20,000 bases of DNA from Lama guanicoe. Its lineage: Eukaryota. The translations under genes and the position numbers were made by a program. Positions 11,501 to 20,000 of this stretch are shown here, piece by piece. The DNA is taken from positions 1,675,453 through 1,695,452 of the forward strand of contig MU053933.1 in assembly GCA_013239625.1 (NCBI GenBank), written 5' to 3'. A model generated the notes under the pieces. It made no database searches, was not told where the DNA came from, and saw only the letters and a list, made by a program, of their open reading frames with translations. Within the stretch, counting starts at the first letter, position 1; every line of letters begins with the position of its first letter.

Positions 11501-12614
11501 GGTGTGGACCCAAAGTTTGCCTGCAGCGGGTCGGGGAGGGTCATTAATGGGGTGGCTCTGGGAAGCAGAGCCTGAGACAGGGGTTCTGGTCCAAGTGACT
11601 GACTGTGCGGCTCCCAGGAGGAGGGAGGGAGGCAGGACCGGCGGGAGGACTTGGCTGGGGATCTGCTCCCACCTGATCCCACAGGAGCCATGTTTCCATC
11701 TCTGCAAAGCTCAGCATTTTATTTCCAAACACTGGTCGGTGTTTATGTGCACTGGGCAGCAGGAGGGGCGGGTCTCCCCACACTCCAAAGGTCCCAGAGC
11801 AGAGAGAGCATGAGATGCAATGGCGCCAGAAATTCTCTTTGTGTCAAAGCCATGCCAGGAAGGAGGAGGCAGAGGTGGGACGGCTCAGCCCGCCAGCCCT
11901 GCCCACCCCGCCCTCCACCCCAGCCCCCACCCCTGTCCCACCCCACCCACCAGGTCATGCTAATTTGCGGGTCAAGCCCAGCATGGAAACCCTGACCCCC
12001 AGTGTAGCAGCAGTGTCCGTCTCCTCTTGGGGTGCTAGGTGGCTGGTGGCCGGCTCTTGGTGGCCCTCGGTGGGAGGTAGTGGAGAAGCACCTGCCAGGT
12101 GCTTCTGCGGAGAAAAGGTCAGACGTAAGCTCTCGGGGTGCTGCTGTGCAGAAGCACGTCTGTGGGCTTTGGAGAAGCTGGGGCCCAGTCCAGACCTCCC
12201 AGACCTCCCTTCCGCCCGAGGGCCGTTGAGCGATGGTGAGGGCGAGCTTCTCCTTAGAGAACAGATAGGCAAGGAAGGGAGGGTAGAATCAGGCACCGTC
12301 GGGCAGCCGCTCATGAATTAAGGGATGCAGGCAACGGGAACTGTCACGGGTGACGTCCCAGGAGAGGAGAGCCAGCCAGCCATGCCTCCTGTGGGAGACG
12401 CCCTGCTGCCTGTGAGCCTGCAGAGCCAATGCCGTTACAGAAACGCGTCCTGCAGTCTAGGGGACGCTCCACAGGACAGCCAGCCGGTTTCTCAACAGAA
12501 ACTTTGTAAGAAAAGAAGACGTTGGCGGTGGGGGTGACCTACAGAAACAGAATCAAGACGCTAACTGGTCTCCATCTGAAGACCGTGTTTGTTACCCCAG
12601 TAAGCAGACTAGGA

Positions 12615-12945
12615 AAACGCGGCCTTGGCCGGAGCATCGGGGGAAGCGTGAGGGCCTTGCTGGCTTAAGGAGCCGCTGCTGGTTTTGGGGTGTGAAGAGG
12701 ATGTTTCTAAGGGGGCGTCCAGACACCCAATTCTGAGCCCGGACGCCGCCAGACCCTGTAGCACTTGGGTGGGGGCGAGGGCTGGGTGCCCCGCGCAGCC
12801 GTGTCCCCGGCCTCCCGGCCATGCTGGGGCAGGTCGGAGGGCGCCTTCCTTGAAGGACGCGCGTGCCCGCGGGCGGGCAACGCTGGGCAGGCGGGGTTTC
12901 TCGTCCAGTTCTTTCGTCTGAGACGTTACGTACCTCCTACGAGAC
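12615..12945. promoter_or_regulatory. Small CpG-rich cluster, candidate regulatory element
   Basis: Local CpG enrichment (gacgcgcgtgcccgcgggcgggc), a GC box at 12871-12876, and nearby ETS-like GGAAGT motifs (~13061, 13141). No repeat origin recognised. Confidence 0.35.
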
Positions 12946-14043
12946 GTAAAAGAAAAGTAAAAGCAATCTTTGGAAAATGCCATTTCCATGATTTCTGTTT
13001 TATCGCCATCTCTGGGGCTTGAGAAGCGGATGTGTTTAAAAAGCCAAGCGTTTATGTGAAGGAAGTGGATGAACTGGCTGCCTTACGTTGTGAAGTTGAA
13101 ATCAGTTTGCTTTAAATTACCCTGTGCTGGTTTATACACAGGAAGTCTAAATCTAGACTCGACGGATGTGTCTTGTGTTGGGCCGGCCCCTCACTTACTT
13201 ACAAATGCACCACTCACCCGCCTGGGCCCTCCTGGGGGTGCAGGCTGAGGGGTCCCGGGGCACAGGGATTTTCGAGAAGGGGCCTGTGGGAGACTGCGCT
13301 CCCAGCAGGCGGCCCCCTCCTTCCAGACCTGACCTGGGGAGTAATGTGTGCATCTTCAGTGTCTAGTGACTTTAGCACCCCCCCCCGGCTCCGGCACCCC
13401 ACGCGCAGTGTCAGCGCTATGGTCAGGGCCTCGCTGGCCACCACTCACCCTGACCTTTTCATCGGATGCCCTCTGACTGCGTGACACCCACGTGGGGGCC
13501 AGGGGACCAGGGTGCTGAGGCACTGGCGAGGCTCTGGGCACAGATCAGCGTTTCCCCCACCCTGCCCTATTTGGCTGTCCCCTGTGTCCTCAGCTCCAGG
13601 CCTGAGGGGCAGGGGCCTCTGCAGGACCCCCAGGTTCCTCGCCAGCCAGCTTCCTGCTGGCTCTGCCCACGGGCACCGCCAGAGGGCCCGCCTCCTCCGT
13701 TTCCACCAGCATTTGCGGGCTCAGGGGTGCCAGCTGGCTGTGCCTCGTGGGTCACACAGCCACTTAGAGATGCCGGTAGATGGGCAGGTCCTTGGGGAAG
13801 CCGATGGGGGTGGGAATCAGGTGAGGGGTGGCAGGTGGGGGACAGCAAGCTGCCCTATGCCACATTCAGAGCCATCGGGGTGCGCTCAAGTCTTTAGTCC
13901 TATAAACCAGAGACAGAAAACCACGTGAAAGCAGGTGATCATGAGGGGAGCCCCCTGGGTCAGGCAGTGGCATCGTACGGCCCCCCAGGGGCCCCCATGT
14001 GCCTCTCCCAATCACACAGGTAACGACCATCCTGGCTTCCAGG

Positions 14044-14515
14044 GGTCAATGAAAATTCAATGAACCGTCAAGTTAGGAAGAATAAAGGGGATTTTCTTCA
14101 AGCCAAACTTTGGATTATAACCCGGGACAGATTCTCAGAAGCTCGGAGAGTCACTCTGCCGCTTGGAGGATCAAGGCACGGTCACACACATTTTCAAGAC
14201 AAAGGATCGGACGTCAAGATGACATACTGATATTCTACATAAAGTTTCCCAAGGGTCCAGGGTCCAGGGGAGCAGGCACAGGGCGAGCCCAGGTCATCAG
14301 GACCCCTGCAGAGCTGGGAGAGAACGCTGCTCTCCGGAGAAGGTCCCTTGCCAGCGTCAGAGGAGGGAAGACACACTGTTCTCCGCGGTCCAGCAGGCGC
14401 CCGCCTTTGAGGAGGGCTGGTTAATGTGTGGTGTGGGCGCACGCGGGGCGGAGCAGACGCAGGAGAGCCGCGCGACTTTTCTCCTCCTGCCTCGAGGTGC
14501 GCATTTCATTTCACC
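14044..14515 (-). mobile_element. Solo ERV1-like LTR
   Basis: 'gtcaatgaaaattcaa...agccaaactttggattataacccggga...gacaaaggatcggacgtcaagatgacatactgatatt' through 'atttcatttcacc' resembles laurasiatherian ERV1 LTRs in antisense, from memory. Ends are degenerate. Confidence 0.55.
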
Positions 14516-14604
14516 GTTGTCGCTGCCCGTGTGTTTAAACAGGGCCACGCCCAGGTGTGCTTCCCTGAACCCTGTCGTTTACTCTTGTCTGTTATTTTTC
14601 CGGA

Positions 14605-15052
14605 TGATTTTTATTGTGGTGAAACACACACACATTAACTTTACCATGAGTGGCGTTTAGCACCTTCACCGTGTTGTGCAATCATCTCTGTGTAGTTCCA
14701 GAACATTTCCACCACCCGAACGGAATTTGTACCCACGACCAGTCACTCTCCACCCCAGCCTCCTCCCCCGACACCCACTAATCTCTGTCTGCTGTTTTCT
14801 GGGTATTTCTTATCAATGGGCGCGCACAGTGTGTGGCCTCTTGTGTCTGGCGTCCTCCCCTCACTGAGCAGAATGTTCTCGAGGCTCGTGTGTGCCGCCC
14901 CGCGGGTCTGCGCTCCTCGCTCTTCCTGCCTGAGTCTATTCCGCTGTGTGGATGGACCGCGTTCTGTTTATCCATCATCTGCCGGTGGACATTTGAGTTG
15001 TTTCTACCTTTTGCTGCAGTGAAAGGTGCTGCTGTGAACGCGGGAGCGCAAG
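14605..15052 (-). mobile_element. L1MB-like 3' UTR fragment
   Basis: 'ttttattgtggtgaaa...gttgtgcaatcatc...ttccagaacattt...tgtttatccatcatctgccggtggacatttgagttgtttctaccttttg...tgctgctgtgaac' is a canonical antisense L1M 3' end. Confidence 0.8.
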
Positions 15053-15069
15053 TTTTTCCCCTCCAGCCT

Positions 15070-15746
15070 CACTGAGTTACAACTGACACACAGTGTGTAT
15101 GTATGTGTGCGTTCGAGGCGGACAGCCCCACGATCTCACCTGCATGCACAATGCAGAGATTGTCACAGTAGGTTCAGTGACCACCAGTCAGCTCCCATAG
15201 GGACAAAATTAGAGAAACGGGAAATAATGTCCCCTTCTGGTGAGAACTCAGGGTTTTCTCTCGGCAGCTCTCATATGTAACACGCAGTGGTGTTAATTAC
15301 ACTTCTCACGTGGGACATTCCTCCCCGTACTTCCCTGGCTTATAACTGGACGTTTGTACCTTTGGGCACCTTCATCCAATTCCCCCTCTGCCCACCCCTG
15401 CTCTGGTAACCACAAATCTGGTCTCTTTTTCTATGAATTTCTTTTTGAAGTATAATTGACCTGCAACACTGTGTTAATTCCTGTTAGACAACACAGTCGT
15501 TCCATGTTTCTCTGCATTTCAAAACGCTCACCAGGATAAGTCTAGTCATGAGGTGTCACCACGCAAAGGTGTCGCACAGTAATCGACTGTATTCCCCAGG
15601 CTGCACATTTCATCCCCGCGACTCATTTATTTTGCAGCTGGAAGTTTGTCCCTCTTAATCTCCCTCACCTAGTTCTCGCCTCCTCCCTCCTTCCCCTCTG
15701 GCAACCACCTGTTTGTTCTCTGCGGGTTTGTTCTCTGTGGGTTGTT
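15070..15746 (-). mobile_element. L1 3' UTR (L1MA9-like, laurasiatherian), part distal to the LTR insertion
   Basis: Two tandem 3'-end modules ('...ataactggacgtttgtaccttt...ctctggtaaccac' and 'ttgaagtataattgacc...gctggaagtttgtccctc...ctctggcaaccacctgtttgttctctg') resemble L1MA9-derived 3' UTRs. Confidence 0.75.
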
Positions 15747-16432
15747 TGTGGGTTCCGTCTGGCAGAAGTCCCACCGCGACGGAATGAATGACTCGAGACT
15801 CTGTGGAAAGTCAGGAGAGCGAGAGGGAGTCGGAGGCCAACCCCCCGAGCCTCTCAAACACTCTCATATTTATTGTGCGCAAAGAAAAGATCACAAACAT
15901 TTGTGTCATGGAACGCAGGAGCTTACAGAAAAGCAGGAGCGGGTAGAGATCGTAAATTCCACGAGTGCAAAGGCTTAATTCGCCCTCAGGGCAGTCACGG
16001 GGGCAGAGGAACAAGGTACATTCTTCAGATATAAGAAGCTGACTACAAAACAGACCACCAGCCCACCAGCTCCTGTCCTGGGGGGTAGGCCATCTAAACA
16101 GCAGAAAGCACGCCCGGCGTTTCAGGCTGAGGGCACGAGCTGTCGCTTTGCAACGAGCAGAGTAAACCCTGGGCTATGGAGCTAAGCTTAAAACAAGCCA
16201 TGTCCTGCGTTTGTAACAAGGGACACACAATGGCGCTTCCATTACGGAAGCAGCCCCAAGCTAGAACCTCAGCTGCGCAAGCAAGGCATCGTGTCTGCTT
16301 TTCACAGCAAGGAGACAGGAGTGCGACGCACGGACACCTGCCAGGAAAGCACGTTTGTTCTTCCTAAAGGTCGCAAGCGGCTGGGGTCCGTTACAGTGTA
16401 TCAGCCCAGCCAGGGGCCCCCACCCGGGCTCA
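15747..16432 (-). mobile_element. Solo LTR (686 bp) nested in the L1 3' UTR
   Basis: TG...CA termini, flanked by gttgtt (15741-15746) and cttgtt (16433-16438), a 6-bp target-site duplication with 1 mismatch. Minus-strand AATAAA at 15869-15874. L1 sequence resumes right after the insertion. Confidence 0.65.
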
Positions 16433-17220
16433 CTTGTTTTGCGTTTTAATTCCACATGTAAGGGAAGTCATGCAGTCTTTATCTTTCTCTGACTTACTTC
16501 CCTTAGCATGACACCCTCCAGGTCCTCCGTGTGGTCTCAAATGGCGAAACCCCATTCTTTTCATGGCTGAGGAGGATCCCACTGTGGACACAGAGGCATC
16601 GTACAGACGGGCTTGTTTCTGGGACCATCCAGCCGCTGTGAGCGGGGCATTTCGCCCATCTGCACTTGAAGCGTCGTTGGCAGGTGCCGACTTACGGCCA
16701 CTCTGTTCGTTGTTTTCAGGTGTTTTTGGTGCTTCTTTTTCAGTCCTGTCTTCTTTCGTCCTCTTTCCTTGTGCTTTGATGACTGTCTCTAGTGTTGCGT
16801 TTGGATTTCGTTCCCTTTGGTGTGTGTACCAACCGTGGATTTTTGGTTTGCGGTTGCTGTGATGTGTGTCTGTCTGTATACGCACGTATGCATGTGTGTA
16901 TACGTGGTAATTTTAAGTCGCTCGTCTCTTAATTTCAAACGCATTTGGACGACCCTGCCTTTCACTCGCCTCCCGCCGTGTCCGCTGTGTTTGGGGTCCG
17001 GTTTTACGTCTGATCATCGCGCGCCCCGTGCTGCCCAGCCTGCGGCTGACGGCCTTCCTCCTCTGTCCTTTAATTGTCCCACTCGCTTGGGGCGCGGTTC
17101 CTTTGCTGCCTTGGCTGTGCGTTCGCCTTCACGGTGAGCTTTCTCCTCTCATGATGTTCACGTTTCTAGTTGTGGCCTTTTCTTTCTCGCTCGGAGAAGT
17201 TCCTTTAACGTTGATTTTAT
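16433..17220 (-). mobile_element. L1 ORF2 C-terminus fused to ORF2 N-terminus plus inter-ORF spacer (internal deletion)
   Basis: Minus ORF 16430-16885 reads 'ADGRNAPLTAAGWSQKQ' (cf. endonuclease start 'VNGLNAPIKRHRVAEWIKKQ'). It is followed by 'SSAMKR...EKDKDCMTSLTCGI' (cf. ORF2 end 'YSAIKK...EKDKYCMISLICGI'). Confidence 0.72.
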
Positions 17221-17998
17221 TTATTCTTCCTTTAGCATTTCTTGTAAAGCTGGCTCGGGGTGCTGAGCTCTTGTAGCTTCCGCTTGTCTGCGGGATTCTG
17301 ACTTCGGCGTCAGCCCGCAGGCAGAGCCCCGCTGGGCGAAGTACGCTCGGCCGCGGGGCTTTCCTTCCAGCAGCTTAACCGCGCCGGCCCTGCCCTCGGG
17401 CCGCAGAGCTTCCGCCGAGAAGGCGGCGCGCGGCCCGCGTGCCGCCGCCGCCGCGCCGGCCTCCCCGTGTGCCGGCCTCCGCCGGCTTGCTCGCGGGGCC
17501 TCGTGCGCGGCTCTCCGGGCTGCTTCTGCGTGGGGCTCTGCGCCTCGCGGGCTGCGGCGACCGGCGCCGCCGGGGAGGCGGCTTTCAGCGGCCAGCCGGA
17601 GAGCGCGCTCCCCGCCGGCCCTCCGCCTGCCCTTCGGGGGCGCCCGCCCAGGCCCCGCCGGCCCCGAAGCCCGCCTCGTTCGTTTCATCGCGCTTCCCTT
17701 CGCCTTCCGCCCAGGCGCAGAGCCTCCGCGCCGCCCAGCGCCCTGCTTCTTCTCCCCGCCTGCTTTTCATCTCGCTCGCGGTTTTCCTCGGCGCTTTGTT
17801 GTTGTTCTTCGTGTTTTCCAGCTCTTTGCCGAAAACGTCTGACTCGGGCTGTGCGCGCGCGCCGCTGTCCCGAGGCCTCTGCCCGGCCTCGCGGTCCGGG
17901 CCTGGCGCGCCTTGCAGGGAGGCCCCGGTCTCCGCCGCGCTCAGCCCTGGGCTTTTACCTGCCTCCTTCATTTGCACCGCGCTCCTCTGCTGCTCCAT
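17221..17998 (-). pseudogene. Degenerate L1 ORF1 remnant (start to stop), extremely GC/CpG-rich
   Basis: Start MEQQRSAVQMKEAGKSP (cf. MRRQRNMFQMKEQDKTP), middle FGKELENTKNNN..ASEMKS (cf. FNKELENIKNNQ..ITEMKN), then AFSAEAL (cf. DFSAETL) and C-terminal PALQEMLK. The remnant is split across frames. Confidence 0.8.
17320..17960. promoter_or_regulatory. CpG island overlapping the L1 ORF1 remnant
   Basis: Hand count for 17401-17460: 52/60 G+C and 15 CpG. (GCC)4 at 17441-17452. Similar density across ~600 bp. Confidence 0.8.
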
Positions 17999-18177
17999 CG
18001 TGTCTCGTGTGCTGCTTTTATGTCCAGGTGCCCAGGAGCTTTGTTATTTTTCCTGACCCTGGACAAGGAGACTGTGGTGTCCTAAACCCTCCCCGGCGAG
18101 CGGCCCCCAGAACACGGTCCCCTCGGCTCTCCAGAGCCACTCTCTGCCCCCATCACCACCCACGCTTTGTGGACTCG

Positions 18178-18300
18178 CATATCAATTTATTAAAATACTG
18201 AAATATAATATTACTTACCTCACTGCTGAGTTTTTGGCCCCCCCTTAAATTTTTCACCCGAATGAGCAAGGCTCCCCCTGAGCCCCTCCCTTGGCCCCTG
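18178..18300. mobile_element. Probable hAT DNA-transposon (MER96B-like) end fragment
   Basis: 'aatattacttacctcactgctgagtttttggccccccttaaatttttcacccga' resembles the remembered MER96-type terminus 'ctgagttttttggtgcccccttaaattttgcgcccga'. Confidence 0.45.
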
Positions 18301-18789
18301 GGGGAGGGGGGACCCCAGCCACACCCTGGGGCCTAGTGGGGTGGGAGCGTCGGGAGGAGGGGACCCTGTGGTGGGTGCCTGGATGACCCGGGCGGGCGGG
18401 CAGCTGGCGAGGCCTGCGGTCCCTACCCTGTCCCCGTCCCTGTCCCCACTGGAGGAGGCTGAGGCCGGTGACTCTGGTCCTCAGATGCCTGTCTGCCCAG
18501 CCCCAGTGCTGCGCTAACAGCTTTCATTTCCTAAGAAGTAAAAACAGAACAAAGCAAAAGCCAAACAAGGGCCTGCTGGGGTAGCGAAGGAAGCGAGATG
18601 GAGCCGGCGAATGTCAGCTGCCTCCAGAGCATGTTCACCTCCTTCCTTCTCCTCCTTGAGCTCCTCTTTGAGTAGAAAGGGCCTGGAAAGTGAGCTCGGA
18701 CCCTGACTGTGAGCGTGTGAGTGTGCGCGCAGGTGTGTTAGAGTGGGGATGTGAGCGTGCAAAAAAGCCAATTCCAAACCGTTGATACA

Positions 18790-19088
18790 GACGCTTCCTT
18801 CTAGAAAGCATCCTTAAAATGGCACAACTGTGGGAACAGAGGGCAGATGGGTGGTTGGTGGGGACAGCAGTGAAGAGCTGAGGCTACAGAAAGAGAGCAG
18901 GAGGGACCTGGTGGGGACCTGGGGACCAGGGGATGGTCCCTGACAGCGTCAGTGCCAGCGTCCTGGTCTGATACTGCACTGCACTCTGCAACATGTTCCC
19001 ATTCGAGGAGACTGAATAAAGGAACTCTGTTATTTCTTACAACAGCATGTGAATCTGTCATTACCTCAGAGTAAAAAGTTTAATAATA
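18790..19088 (+). mobile_element. L1MC/L1MD-like 3' UTR fragment
   Basis: 'gcaacatgttcccatt...ttatttcttacaacagcatgtgaatctgtcattacctcagagtaaaaagtttaa' matches the sense-strand 3' terminus of old L1M subfamilies. Confidence 0.75.
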
Positions 19089-20000
19089 GTAAAGACAGAC
19101 AGCAGGCAGTTAGGACCAGGACAGATGCCACTGCCTCGGGGTATGTGAGACCCTTCCTGGCGTCCATGCCCACGGCTTCCATGGGGCAGGGTTTTGTCCT
19201 GCTCAGAAATTTGTAGACAAAAAAAAAAAAATAAGGGAAACAGTCCTCATTCTTCCACAAAAAGAAGAGAAAAAACTCACAGACCAGGGTCCCTGTCTGG
19301 GTCGCTTAAGATGTGCCCCCCAGCCATCTCTTGACCAGAGACTGGGGCGGGGGGCCCAGGGAAGAAGAGTTCTCGCTCTCGCCAGTCGCCCGCCACCCCT
19401 TCTGACATAGTCCAGCGTCGCCTTCTGTGCGGCAGAGCAACGCGATCGAAAGATCACAGCCGTGGCTCCTGCACATCCGAGGAGTCGGGCAGCTCCGGAG
19501 ACAAAGCACTGGATCTTCTGTTTTCAGTCTTGTCTCCCCTTCAGTTTGCTAGTGTGTCACGCTGATGTCGCTTGGACTTTGAGCGTGTTTGCAAGAGGAG
19601 CAGCCTCTGATTCCCGGCCAAGAACGAGTCAGAAGCGGTACTGGAGGCGGAAGAGCGTCCCGTGGCTGGCTTGGCCGTGGACCGCCCAGCTTGCCTTGGG
19701 CTTAGCCCGGGGGCTCCTCTCTGTGGGACCCTCGCCTGCATCCTCACCTGCAGGAATGTGGCGTCCACCAAATGCAGACCATCAGGGGCGACCACGTGTC
19801 TCCTGGTTTGTGTCCAGGGACCCAGCGTCCTAAGCAGACGCAGAAGTGCAGATGGGGTTCCCGAGCGCGAAGCTCTGCAGTCTCACCAGATTCCGCTGAC
19901 GTGAGAAGGATGGAGCCAGATGCTCACTGGGGACCACATGCAGCAGATGCAGAGCACAGAGAATTCCAACCACGGTATTGGCAAACTGAAAAAAAAAAAA

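Noticed and set aside
13302..13316. CTCF-like motif ccagcaggcggccc (similar one near 14390)
   Set aside because: Mismatches to the core consensus, and such matches are common by chance at this GC content.
15711..15740. Tandem duplication gtttgttctctg(c/t)gg x2
   Set aside because: Simple slippage inside the L1 3'UTR with no functional signal.
17439..18201. Plus-strand ORFs as a first exon of a gene such as AGPAT3
   Set aside because: The sequence is explained as antisense L1 ORF1, and I recognise no similarity to AGPAT3 or another protein.
19219..20000. Poly-A runs at 19219-19231 and at the window end as retrocopy tails
   Set aside because: No upstream SINE or processed-gene body and no TSD recognised; the terminal run is cut by the window edge.
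1..20000. CRISPR arrays, operons, tRNA or rRNA genes
   Set aside because: This is spliced mammalian DNA; no repeat-spacer array or structured RNA gene was recognised.

Overview
GC-rich mammalian (probably laurasiatherian) genomic DNA, not prokaryotic; almost all ORFs in the track are spurious. Positions 1-4.2 kb hold the last five coding exons of RRP1 (NNP-1/Nop52, rRNA processing) on the + strand. All splice sites are GT-AG, phases are consistent, one exon is a 20-nt microexon, the stop is at 3892-3894 and AATAAA is at 4136-4141. The rest is intergenic (towards AGPAT3 by human synteny) and contains old repeats: several L1 fragments, a MaLR (MLT1) LTR, two ERV-type solo LTRs and a probable hAT MITE fragment. 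The most unusual feature is an internally deleted L1 (~15070-18020, minus strand). Its normally A-rich ORF1 now reads as a dense CpG island (~17320-17960) but keeps recognisable ORF1 motifs, consistent with extreme AT->GC substitution such as GC-biased gene conversion. Repeat family names come from remembered consensus sequences and were not checked by search. I found no convincing novel protein-coding system.
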